Shown: one piece after another, positions 48,128 through 56,951 of the stretch
Layout of the letters: each line of letters starts with the position of its first letter
Numbering within the stretch: the first letter of the stretch is position 1
Assembly: GCA_030550585.1 (NCBI GenBank)
Contig: JAUQPB010000001.1
Location: 416,001-480,000, forward strand
Reading direction: 5' to 3'
DNA from: Thermoproteota archaeon
GTDB lineage: Archaea; Thermoproteota; Thermoprotei_A; Sulfolobales; Ignisphaeraceae
DNA: 64,000 nucleotides
Notes under the pieces: generated by a model
The model's database searches: none
The model's input: the letters and a program-made list of their open reading frames with translations, nothing else
Told to the model about the DNA's origin: nothing
Translations under genes and position numbers: made by a program

Positions 48128-51100
48128 TTACGCAGCTAGCTTTCTACCAAGCTGTATAGCTGCGTAGATAGATGTCGCAGCTGCTATTAGTGCCAGCACA
48201 AGTGTTATTATGATGTATGTCTGCAGAGTTGATGTTGCAGAGTCTACCTTTTTAGATAAGTCGCCGGAGGCAGAGTCAATCTTACTTGATACAGCATCGA
48301 CCTTGCCTGAGACTGTGTCAACCTTTGAACCAACACCGTTTATAGCATTTGCCAAGTTGCTTGCAACGCTATCGACTTTAGAGGCCACGTTGTCAACCTT
48401 TGAAGAGACGCTGTTCACAGCACCTGTCAGTGAGTCTACCTTGCTGTTGAGCGTTGATACAGCAGAGCTTATAGAGTCTACCTTACTGCTCAAACCAGTT
48501 AGCTGCTGTACAGCTGAGTTCACACCATTTATAGCATCTTGTAGTAGTTTTGATATTGCAGAGTCGAGTGTTGATACCTTGGATGATATGTCGCTTACAG
48601 CACTTGAAATGCTGTCAACCTTGCTAGATAGCGAATCGACCTTGGATGAAACAGCACCAACAGCATTGCTAACAGCGTCTACTTTGTTGCCAACAGATGT
48701 TACAGCACTTGTTATAGCTGACTGGGCAGAGTCTATCTTCTTGCTAATACTGTCAAACCCAGATGAAACAGCCGAGTTCAGTTGCTGTAGCGTTGATGAG
48801 ATGGCAGTTAGAGTTGCCTTGGCATCGCTAACAGCTGATGAAACAGCCGACAACTGGTTGCTCAAGCTATTCACCGCATTGTTGAAGTAGTCCTTATCGA
48901 CAAGTCTGCTAACATTGTTTATCACATATACGTAGCCTGGCATTGTAGAGCTCGGTTGAGTAGCACCTGGCAACACATATAGCAAGCTAAATGCATATGC
49001 ACCAGGCTCTAGCACTGGTACGTAGATTCCCGGTGTTATTTGAGGTGATAATGTGTTTATCAAGACACCTCTGTTGTCTGAGCCCCATCTCTGCACTTGT
49101 AGATTCAGCGAGTATCCAGCATCTGTATTGTTTATGAGCATTGCTAGCACTGATGCACCCGGTGGGAACCCTGTTCCAATCACCCTCACAATGCCTTGTC
49201 CAACCAGAATAGGCACAATGTCCTTATTCAGATCTAGTAGCAGTAGCTTCGGGACTACTTGTGGATATACAGGTGATGTATCGCTTCCAAGGAATGTTGT
49301 TCCGTTGTAGAACATTGTAACATAGATTGTTCCGCTAACACTGCCAACAGCAAAGAGCTGGTACGTGCCTTGCGGAACTGTTGGCACAACAAAGTCTATT
49401 GTAGCTGTTGATCCATTTGCTATAAAGCTCTTTACCGTGATATTGCCGAAGTATATGGTAACAAGCTCTCCATTCGATAAACCAGATAGTGTAACTCTTA
49501 TGATATCTCCTAGATAGTCGCATCTACCTCCATATGTAACACACTTGTCACAGTAGCTTAGCCCAACAACAGTCTCTGGACATGGGCATGCCACAATTCT
49601 CTGGTTGTTGTAGCCTGCACTAACCTTTGGCTCCACCTTTGCTGGTGGTGTGAATGGCGGTGGATAGACTATCGACCAATAGGCCTTAGCACCTATTATT
49701 ACAGCTAGTGAGTATTCATAGCCCCATGCATCTACACCCCATATGTAGTGTACGCCAAAGGATGCATCGCTTGGTATGACCACTTGGAATGTTGCGTTAC
49801 CATCTTTGCCTAAGGACACTGTTGTCAGTTTTAGTATTTTCTCCCAGTAAACATTCAAAGTATTGTATCCTGGGTAGCCCCATGCAGAGCCGGGTCCATA
49901 GCCATAAGCAGCAATTGTTACGGTATCGCCAGGCTTTATAATGCCTGTTGGCCATACAAGCACTAGCAAGGGCCTTACAATGTAGTATGTGTTCCTAAAT
50001 GTGAACGAAGGTCCTGTTGTTGGCTGTCCAGTTACTGTCAGGCTAGCAGTTTGTGTACTTGCATTGTAGCTCCAAGACACAGTCCAGCTAATGCTAGCAT
50101 CACTAAAAGTCAAAGCTGCAATGCTAACTACTGTACCTGAAACACTCATGTTAGTTGGATACACATAGAAACTCTTGATGGTTTTGCCTGTATCGGCATT
50201 TGTATACGTTATTGTTAGGTTGGCTGCCGATATGCTAAGACCCCATTGCTTTAGTTCTAGGAATATGTAGTTACTGTAGTTGTAGAATGTTGCCCAATAC
50301 ATGTATTGGCCGGGTGTTGTGGGTGCGGCAAGGGTATAGTTTGTGGGATATATGTTGAATGATATGTTTGCGGTGTATGCATTGTAGTAGCTGTTGTAGG
50401 ATGTATTTGCTAGAGCGGTGAACATCTGTACTGGTGTGGCAGGTGTTATATTGTATAGTGAGAATCTTGTATGATTACCTTCTAGGTTGGCTGCAAGCAT
50501 GTACTTCTTTCCAGCATATGTTATGTTGATTCTCAGAACATCGCTCTTTGTGTATGACATTGCCGTTGTCTGCCTTATATAATCTAGTGTTCCACTTACA
50601 TAGGATGTTGCTGTTATAGATGCTCTTGTCCCAAGAGCGTTATATATAGCGCTCTGGCTTATTACAACAGTTCCTTGCGAACCCAAGGCAAATGATGATG
50701 TGTTAGATAGTGTTTGTGGCTTAGGAGTCTCGAAGACTATTGGTACGTATAGACCAGCCGTCATATTGGTTCTCAAATACTGTGCTAGGTTGGATAAGGT
50801 GAAGTGTCCGTAGCTATCCGTTGTTGTAAGACCTCCAGATGCTGTGAAGTTGTATTTAACATTTGTGAAGTTGATGTTCCAAAGAGTAATCTTTAGTATA
50901 GTTACATTGGGGTCGAAGCCATATCCCGTAATGTTTATGTTTTGCAACTCGCATACGCTACCATCGCATCTGCCATTACCTTCTTTTGGCGATATAATGA
51001 CTTGTGGAATTATTGATAGGGTTCCGTTCCTTGCCATAGCTACGTTGGTTGCGGAGGCTATGCCAGCAACTGTGTAGGTTCCTTTTGGAAGACCATATCC

Positions 51101-51739
51101 TGTTAATGTGACTAGGTCAACCTTCGTTGATGCTGTTCCATTGTTTGCAACAGGTAGAGATGTGGTATAGGTTGCTGTTATTGGTCCTTTGAATAGTATC
51201 TGTGTTATTGTATCATTTGGTATATAGCCATAGAATGAGATAGTTACATTAATGTGTTTTCCAAAGGCATCGACGTTGGCAGTTTCTATTGGTGATACAA
51301 CGACTTTTGGTACTATTGAAACCATTTGTGTCCTTAGTATTCCAAGAGCTTCTACACCTACCCATAGATCTAGCATGCCATCTCCATTGCTGTCTATAGC
51401 ACCTGTTAGATTGAGTGGGAGTGTTAGGCTAACTGTGTATTGGCCTGGTGATGGGGGTACGAACCATGTTGATACCCATTTGGTGCTGCAATTACTATCG
51501 GCACAGAGGTATACATTGACTGTTGTGGACATATCAACCTTTATTGTTATTGTTACTGGCTCTCCGGGAACCGCTATCCCAGTTCCTGCTGATGATGATA
51601 CGCTGACTATTGTTGCTACAACAAGTTGTTGTGCTTGTATTGGTGCTATCGATAATATTAGTGGTATTAGGAATAGTATTGCTATTGTTGTTGAGGCTAT
51701 TGTTCTGAGATTTGGTTTCATGGATGGGTTCACCCACAT
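48128..51739 (-). CDS. S-layer-type surface glycoprotein with C-terminal coiled-coil stalk and membrane anchor
   Basis: Signal peptide, Thr/Ser/Asn-rich beta domains with many N-x-S/T sequons, long stretch of SKVDS-type repeats, terminal TM helix followed by RK. Confidence 0.85.
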   Translation of the reverse strand: MWVNPSMKPNLRTIASTTIAILFLIPLILSIAPIQAQQLVVATIVSVSSSAGTGIAVPGEPVTITIKVDMSTTVNVYLCADSNCSTKWVSTWFVPPSPGQYTVSLTLPLNLTGAIDSNGDGMLDLWVGVEALGILRTQMVSIVPKVVVSPIETANVDAFGKHINVTISFYGYIPNDTITQILFKGPITATYTTSLPVANNGTASTKVDLVTLTGYGLPKGTYTVAGIASATNVAMARNGTLSIIPQVIISPKEGNGRCDGSVCELQNINITGYGFDPNVTILKITLWNINFTNVKYNFTASGGLTTTDSYGHFTLSNLAQYLRTNMTAGLYVPIVFETPKPQTLSNTSSFALGSQGTVVISQSAIYNALGTRASITATSYVSGTLDYIRQTTAMSYTKSDVLRINITYAGKKYMLAANLEGNHTRFSLYNITPATPVQMFTALANTSYNSYYNAYTANISFNIYPTNYTLAAPTTPGQYMYWATFYNYSNYIFLELKQWGLSISAANLTITYTNADTGKTIKSFYVYPTNMSVSGTVVSIAALTFSDASISWTVSWSYNASTQTASLTVTGQPTTGPSFTFRNTYYIVRPLLVLVWPTGIIKPGDTVTIAAYGYGPGSAWGYPGYNTLNVYWEKILKLTTVSLGKDGNATFQVVIPSDASFGVHYIWGVDAWGYEYSLAVIIGAKAYWSIVYPPPFTPPAKVEPKVSAGYNNQRIVACPCPETVVGLSYCDKCVTYGGRCDYLGDIIRVTLSGLSNGELVTIYFGNITVKSFIANGSTATIDFVVPTVPQGTYQLFAVGSVSGTIYVTMFYNGTTFLGSDTSPVYPQVVPKLLLLDLNKDIVPILVGQGIVRVIGTGFPPGASVLAMLINNTDAGYSLNLQVQRWGSDNRGVLINTLSPQITPGIYVPVLEPGAYAFSLLYVLPGATQPSSTMPGYVYVINNVSRLVDKDYFNNAVNSLSNQLSAVSSAVSDAKATLTAISSTLQQLNSAVSSGFDSISKKIDSAQSAITSAVTSVGNKVDAVSNAVGAVSSKVDSLSSKVDSISSAVSDISSKVSTLDSAISKLLQDAINGVNSAVQQLTGLSSKVDSISSAVSTLNSKVDSLTGAVNSVSSKVDNVASKVDSVASNLANAINGVGSKVDTVSGKVDAVSSKIDSASGDLSKKVDSATSTLQTYIIITLVLALIAAATSIYAAIQLGRKLAA

Positions 51740-51765
51740 TCGGTAGAATACTTGCGATGGGCTGG

Positions 51766-51843
51766 TTTTAAAAGGGTTTTGTCTGCACTGTTTTTGTGGT
51801 GTTGTTGTTTCTGTATATAGCTGTCTTGTTTCTGTATACAGCT
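51766..51843 (-). promoter_or_regulatory. S-layer gene promoter: TATA box plus tandem 18-bp operator-like repeats
   Basis: TTTTAAAA at 51766-51773, about 27 nt before the ATG (leaderless spacing). ttgtttctgtatatagct (51805-51822) and ttgtttctgtatacagct (51826-51843). Confidence 0.6.
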
Positions 51844-51847
51844 TTTT

Positions 51848-52462
51848 CTACTGTTTTTGCTGGGCTCTAACAGCGTATATGTCTAGAATTCCTTTGAATA
51901 TGCTTCTCCTCTCGACTCTGTATCCAAATGGCTCTAGCAGGCCCTCTATAAACGTTGATATTAGTTTCATTAGCTCTGCTGGTATTTGTGGAGAGACGCA
52001 TCTAACTCTTATCCCATCCCCCTCGTTCTGTATTACAAGGTCTACGAACTCCCATCTAATCTCCTTTAGTATCTTCTCGAGGTGCTGTATGGTTGATTTG
52101 CTGTCTTTGAAGTTTTCTCTAAATCTAATTGTTATGTATTCTCCGTACCACCTTCCAGCCTCTCTCCACAGCCTTTCAACCTCTTCTAGATCTTTTGGGC
52201 TGAGCTTTGAGGTCATGGCTATCAGAACATCTATTGGTATGAGTGTTTGCCCAGCGCTTCTATTGGCCTTTAGAATCTCGTAGGAGTCTAGAACATCTCT
52301 TAGGGTTACACCCATCGACTCTGCTCTGATGGTCTGCTCAATTATCTCGTTTGTTAGAGAATATAGGGTTGAACCTCTCTTCCTGGCTATGAGGCTGAGA
52401 GAGTTTACAAGGTCTTCTCTTGCAACAAGAACCTTTCTCTTCTGGGATGCCTCAGAGCTCAA
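51848..52462 (-). CDS. Putative regulator: ribbon-helix-helix-like N-terminus plus V4R-like domain
   Basis: KRKVLVAREDLVNSLSLIARKRGSTLYSLTNEIIE (beta-alpha-alpha); REAGRWYG...FIEGLLE. Confidence 0.6.
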   Translation of the reverse strand: MSSEASQKRKVLVAREDLVNSLSLIARKRGSTLYSLTNEIIEQTIRAESMGVTLRDVLDSYEILKANRSAGQTLIPIDVLIAMTSKLSPKDLEEVERLWREAGRWYGEYITIRFRENFKDSKSTIQHLEKILKEIRWEFVDLVIQNEGDGIRVRCVSPQIPAELMKLISTFIEGLLEPFGYRVERRSIFKGILDIYAVRAQQKQ

Positions 52463-52542
52463 AACTTTTCACTGACAAAAGCTGTTGTTGTGAGGGATAT
52501 AAAGGCTTCTGCAGGTAATACTAGGCGGGCACGCTCATGGCC

Positions 52543-53070
52543 TTAGTCTCTCCCAGCTATCTCCCTAATCCTCTCAACACCTCTGATCTCATCTATGAAC
52601 CTGGCCACAGCTTTTGGCACAAGCTCTCTCCACCTATCATCGCCTAGAAGCATCATTGTTCTTATCTTTGTCGAGCTATACACATCTCTGTTGTATGCTG
52701 GCGGCACAAGAACTTCGTAGCCAGCCTCCTTGAAGAGCCTCACAACAAGCGGGTTTCTGGCAATGCCGTATCTGAATGGGGGTACATACATAGCTACATA
52801 CTTCACCCAAACAACATTCATTAGAATGTCTGGCACAGGTATTATGAAGATTCTCGAGAGGTCTACACCAGCCTCTCTAAGAGCCTCTCTAACCATTACA
52901 ACTCTTTCGCCAGCTGTGAAGGGGTTTGATAGCGTGTGGCTTTCCTGGGCAGTCCCAATCACTATTATAAGCTCGTCAACTTTCTCAAGAGCCCATTTAA
53001 CGACGTTTACATGGCCCCAGTGAATTGGCTGGAACCTGCCTGGGTAAACACCTCTCTCAACCATTTTCAA
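52543..53070 (-). CDS. nadM: Nicotinamide-nucleotide adenylyltransferase
   Basis: PGRFQPIHWGH, NPFTAGER, SSTKIR. Confidence 0.95.
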   Translation of the reverse strand: MKMVERGVYPGRFQPIHWGHVNVVKWALEKVDELIIVIGTAQESHTLSNPFTAGERVVMVREALREAGVDLSRIFIIPVPDILMNVVWVKYVAMYVPPFRYGIARNPLVVRLFKEAGYEVLVPPAYNRDVYSSTKIRTMMLLGDDRWRELVPKAVARFIDEIRGVERIREIAGRD

Positions 53071-53142
53071 AATCGCCTAAGAGCCTTTTTCCCAGGTTTT
53101 TTGTGTGGAAAAGAAAAAAGTGTTTTGCTTTGGTGAAAAAGA

Positions 53143-54189
53143 TTGATTGTTGTTGACGGCAGTTTTGGGGAGGGTGGTGGACAGATACTTAGAACAGCAA
53201 TAGGTTTGTCAGCCGCTCTTGGTAAGTCAGTTAAAATAATTAATATAAGGGCTAGGAGAAGCAACCCAGGTTTGCAGCACCAGCATCTAACAGCTGTTAA
53301 GGCTCTTGCCCAAATCTCTGGTGCGAGGGTTGAGGGGGCTTATATAGGCTCTACACAGCTTGTCTTCGAGCCAAGGGGCTTGAGAGGAGGTGAATATGTG
53401 TTCGATGTTGGGACAGCCGGTAGTGTAACACTTGTTCTACAAGCACTCACACCTGTGCTACCGTTTCTAGATAGGGAGAGTGTTATAGAGATTAGAGGGG
53501 GTACAGACGTGCCCTGGAGCCCACCAATAGACTACATAAAATATGTATTCATACCGATTGCAAAGAGGCTTGGGCTAGACATGGAGGTAGAGCTCATTAG
53601 AAGGGGCCACTACCCAAGGGGTGGCGGAATCATAAAGGTATATGTTCGTCCATCCAAAAAGCTAAGCGCTGTAGAGCTCATAGAGAGGGGATCTATAAAG
53701 AGGGTTGGCGGTAGGTCACACTGTGTCAAGCTCCCAAAGCATGTTGCTGAGAGACAGGCTAAAGCTGCTAGAGACAGTCTATCGCATCTCTCTATACCAA
53801 TAGACATTGAGCTAGAGTTTTATGAGCCTGGCAGAGACCCTCATCTAGGCCCTGGCAGTGGTATTGTGCTGTATGCAGAGGCAGACAAAAGTGTTTTGGG
53901 GGCTGATGCAATTGGTGAAAAGGGGAAGCCCGCTGAGGCTGTTGGTAGAGAAGCTGCTGCAAAACTGTTAGAGGAGATTGAAAGTGGGGCTGCGCTAGAC
54001 AGTCACATGGGGGATATGATAGTCTCTCTAGCTTGTCTAGCAAATGGTGTCACAAGGTATACAACATCTAAGCTAACGCTGCACACGGAAACTGTTCTGA
54101 AGATAGCCAAGGACATTGCTGGATGTGATTACATGGTTCTAGACTATGGCAAGGCAAAACTCGTTGAGGTGAGGGGTGCGAGAGCTTGA
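53143..54189 (+). CDS. rtcA: RNA 3'-terminal phosphate cyclase
   Basis: DGSFGEGGGQILR, GGTDVPWSP, GHYPRGGG, DSHMGD, TLHTET. Confidence 0.96.
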   Translation: MIVVDGSFGEGGGQILRTAIGLSAALGKSVKIINIRARRSNPGLQHQHLTAVKALAQISGARVEGAYIGSTQLVFEPRGLRGGEYVFDVGTAGSVTLVLQALTPVLPFLDRESVIEIRGGTDVPWSPPIDYIKYVFIPIAKRLGLDMEVELIRRGHYPRGGGIIKVYVRPSKKLSAVELIERGSIKRVGGRSHCVKLPKHVAERQAKAARDSLSHLSIPIDIELEFYEPGRDPHLGPGSGIVLYAEADKSVLGADAIGEKGKPAEAVGREAAAKLLEEIESGAALDSHMGDMIVSLACLANGVTRYTTSKLTLHTETVLKIAKDIAGCDYMVLDYGKAKLVEVRGARA

Positions 54190-54306
54190 ATACAGATTAC
54201 CACGTTTTTGTAGAGCCTCTAACCAGTTGCAGCTAGCGCTAAATCGACGGCTTTAGCCCTTGGTTTCTTTGCAGAATTTAGATGCGTTGTACGAGTCTAC
54301 AGCTTC

Positions 54307-54492
54307 CTATCTAACCCTAACCCTGTTATACTTCTTGTTTTGCCAGCTGTACCTCCTCATCCTACTCGATCTGCCAAAGCCACAAGCCGCGCAATAGCCT
54401 TTAGAAACATTGTATGCCACTCTTCCACATCTTCTACACTTTATGTGTGTAACTTTCTTGCTTCTCTTGCCCATTGAAGGCGTTCCTTTCAC
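54307..54492 (-). CDS. rpl37e: 50S ribosomal protein L37e
   Basis: [19 protein letters not shown]...CAACGFG. Confidence 0.97.
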   Translation of the reverse strand: MKGTPSMGKRSKKVTHIKCRRCGRVAYNVSKGYCAACGFGRSSRMRRYSWQNKKYNRVRVR

Positions 54493-54504
54493 CGTTTACC
54501 ACCT

Positions 54505-54738
54505 CTACATAGGCGATATAACAACTATGTTCTCTCCCCTTATGAGTACAGTCCCAAGTCTCCTCCAATTGCCATCGCTAAGCTCTTCCTCAGCATCGTC
54601 CAACACAATGTTTAGATGTAGGTCGTAGCTTCTCAGCCTACCCCTTATAGACTTGCCACCTCTAAGCTTTATCAAAACGAGTTGCCCTAGAGACTCAGCC
54701 AATATCTTATGCGATGTATCGATTTGCTGGCTACTCAT
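54505..54738 (-). CDS. Sm-like protein SmAP1/Lsm
   Basis: GRLRSYDLHLNIVL, LIRGENIV; conserved linkage to rpl37e. Confidence 0.95.
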   Translation of the reverse strand: MSSQQIDTSHKILAESLGQLVLIKLRGGKSIRGRLRSYDLHLNIVLDDAEEELSDGNWRRLGTVLIRGENIVVISPM

Positions 54739-54825
54739 AGCTATTTCCTCTTATCGCTAGCTTAGTCGAGGTAGAGTTATAAGCTTTATTCGCCTTAATA
54801 GCTATGACATCACACATCATGTTTT

Positions 54826-55350
54826 ATGTGGGCAGAGACCATGATAATAGGAGTTATGAGCGATTCTCATGACAATCTAGATGCTGTTGCAAAAGCCCTT
54901 GAAATACTCAGAAAAAGCGGTGTTGAGGCCATAATACACCTTGGCGATGTGATATCCCCCTTCACACTATTGAAAATACTGGAGTATCCGGGGAAGATAG
55001 TGGTTGTTCTAGGAAACAACGACGGAGATACAATTACACTTAAAGAGCTTGCCTTAAAAGCTGGAGCAACACTGAAGAGGGAGATTCACCAGATAGAGGT
55101 CTCCGGAAAAAGGTTCTTCTTGATGCATGGATTTGGAGATGCTGAGCAGACAAAGGCTGTTGCAGAGGCGATGGCCCTAACAGGAAAATACGACGTTGTT
55201 TTATATGGACATACACATAAAGTTGATGTGAGGCAAATTGGAAAGGCACTTGTTTTGAATCCTGGGGAGGTTTGCGGCTATCTAACAAATAGAAGAACTG
55301 TTGCAATATTGAATACAGAGACATTAGAATATAGCATAATAGAATTTTGA
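54826..55350 (+). CDS. Metallophosphoesterase (YfcE/MJ0936 family)
   Basis: SDSHDN, HLGD, GNND, YGHTH, LNPGE. Confidence 0.93.
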   Translation: MWAETMIIGVMSDSHDNLDAVAKALEILRKSGVEAIIHLGDVISPFTLLKILEYPGKIVVVLGNNDGDTITLKELALKAGATLKREIHQIEVSGKRFFLMHGFGDAEQTKAVAEAMALTGKYDVVLYGHTHKVDVRQIGKALVLNPGEVCGYLTNRRTVAILNTETLEYSIIEF

Positions 55351-55398
55351 TATAGAGTTTTTTAACCGCAAAACAAGTAACACAACAATGTAATGGGT

Positions 55399-55491
55399 GG
55401 CCGCGGTAGCTCAGCCTGGTTAGAGCGCGGGACTGTGGGGCTAAAATGCGCAGAGATCCCGAGGTCCCGGGTTCAAATCCCGGCCGCGGCC
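55399..55491 (+). tRNA. tRNA-His(GTG) with 17-nt intron at 37/38 (55439-55455) and encoded G-1
   Basis: G-GCCGCGG acceptor, C73, CGGGA-CTGTGG[intron]A-TCCCG; BHB helix CTGT/GCAG. Confidence 0.95.
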
Positions 55492-55547
55492 CTCTAAAAA
55501 TGGTTCACTTTCAATGCAAAAATGTTACGTGTAGGTGGTGAATAGAC

Positions 55548-55757
55548 ATGGCAAGCTATAAAAAGTATAAAGAGGCTCTAGAAAAGCTTGGATTAAGACA
55601 GCTAGATATCTATAGATACAAGGATAAAGATGTTCTAAGAGTTCAAAGGATACAAGATGGCAAGGTGTTGCTGATAGAGCTTCCAAGACGCAGAGATGAG
55701 ATGAGCTTAGATGAGTATATAAACTATGTGAAGTCGAAGGCTATTCAAACCAAATAG
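55548..55757 (+). CDS. Small conserved hypothetical protein
   Basis: 69 aa with strong GGTGGTGA SD. Confidence 0.75.
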   Translation: MASYKKYKEALEKLGLRQLDIYRYKDKDVLRVQRIQDGKVLLIELPRRRDEMSLDEYINYVKSKAIQTK

Positions 55758-55761
55758 TTTT

Positions 55762-55838
55762 TGTGCCCCGCCTAACCGATCTCTCCACATCTCCATCCCC
55801 ATCAACGGGTCTTTAAGAGAGACGTGAGGTAGCGGGGC
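55762..55838 (-). ncRNA. Probable box H/ACA pseudouridylation guide RNA
   Basis: Minus strand: lower stem GCCCCGC/GCGGGGC followed by ACA; internal pocket UACCUCAC / CGGUUAG; upper stem GUCUCUC/GAGAGAU; apical GA-rich possible K-turn; 14 nt from pocket top to ACA. Confidence 0.7.
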
Positions 55839-55940
55839 CAAGCACAAAACTCTTCTCATAGCTAATAAAACTTAATCAAAGTTGTTCCACTTTAATTTCA
55901 TTGAATAAAAAACTGTTTAAGAATTTTGGTGGGGCCGTTT

Positions 55941-56017
55941 TGGTAGCGGGGGGTGGATTTGAACCACCGACCTCGGGGTTATGAGCCCCGCGGGCTGCCA
56001 GGCTGCCCTACCCCGCT
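55941..56017 (-). tRNA. Initiator tRNA-Met(CAT), CCA encoded
   Basis: A1-U72, consecutive G-C pairs in the anticodon stem (CGGGG-CTCATAA-CCCCG). Confidence 0.96.
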
Positions 56018-56083
56018 ATTTCACGGCCCCATTTCTCACATATTCTGTTTTTGTGCCTAAAAAGTGTTTTGTTTCGTTGAGTT

Positions 56084-56731
56084 TCAAGCTATTGATATGA
56101 GGCGGTTTAAGCTTGTTGATTGTTTTAGCTCTAGCAGCTTTGGCTTTATATACTTTATCCTATTCTTTAGCGTTGCAACAAGTCTGTGCATGTGTATTCT
56201 ACTTATAGACGCCTCTTTAGCTATCTTATTGATGTCTGCTTCTCCGTATAGTATAATATTCTTTAGAATGAGTGCGATGGCTACTTTGCTTCTAAAGGTT
56301 CTAGATGATAGTATGGGATCCTCATCTATTATCTCGAGAATTCTTTTCAGCAAATGATCTCCCTCAACAATTTTTTCAAGGTTTTGGTCAGAAATATGTC
56401 TGTATACCCTAGCCTTGCCCCCAGCTAAAACAGTTCTTAATGCGTGTAGATCAACTCTAATATCATTGTTTCGGGCTCTGCTCAGATATTTTTCATACAA
56501 TCTAATCTCTTTGTTGAGTCGTCTAAGCTTTGATGCATATTGAGAGCTTCTCTTAAGGTTCAGAGCTTCTCTGGTAGTAGGCTTGGAATACTCCCATTCA
56601 TCGCTACTTGCAACACCTATGAACTGCTCTATGAATATGGATTCTATAACTGTTCCACAGTTTCTGCAAACTGTGTAACCCTTCTCGAAATCAAATGCAA
56701 CATCTTGGGAGTTGCAATATGGGCAAATCAT
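56084..56731 (-). CDS. TFB-type zinc-ribbon protein (truncated TFB / TFB3-like)
   Basis: MICPYCNS...GYTVCRNCGTVIE TFIIB ribbon; lacks the full cyclin repeats; start moved to ATG 56731. Confidence 0.75.
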   Translation of the reverse strand: MICPYCNSQDVAFDFEKGYTVCRNCGTVIESIFIEQFIGVASSDEWEYSKPTTREALNLKRSSQYASKLRRLNKEIRLYEKYLSRARNNDIRVDLHALRTVLAGGKARVYRHISDQNLEKIVEGDHLLKRILEIIDEDPILSSRTFRSKVAIALILKNIILYGEADINKIAKEASISRIHMHRLVATLKNRIKYIKPKLLELKQSTSLNRLISIA

Positions 56732-56839
56732 TTTCTTATACCAATTTTTGGAGAAGCTGTACAAGTTTATAAAATGGTATGTAAAGGTCAATTCATACAC
56801 AGTGTCTGCAGACCGAAACTATTCATATACGATTAAAAA

Positions 56840-56888
56840 TCAGTATTCATATGCATCATCACAAATACAGTAGGAGATCCCTCATCAT
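56840..56888 (-). ncRNA. Box C/D guide sRNA, targets unassigned
   Basis: Minus strand ATGATGA-gggatctccta-CTGT-attt-GTGATGA-tgcatatgaata-CTGA. Confidence 0.8.
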
Positions 56889-56951
56889 CTAGTTGAAATC
56901 CTATGAATAAAACCACTTAAAAGTTTTGGTAGCAACATATCCAGAACCTGG

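Noticed and set aside
48210-48890. 226-aa + strand repetitive ORF, and a possible CRISPR-like repeat signal
   Set aside because: Antisense shadow of the coiled-coil stalk. The repeats are degenerate codon-level repeats without a spacer structure.
54195-54305. Structured-looking spacer between rtcA and rpl37e (gctaaa/tttagc, tgtaga/tctaca)
   Set aside because: No clear C/D boxes or unpaired ACA geometry. A terminator or UTR structure between convergent genes explains it.
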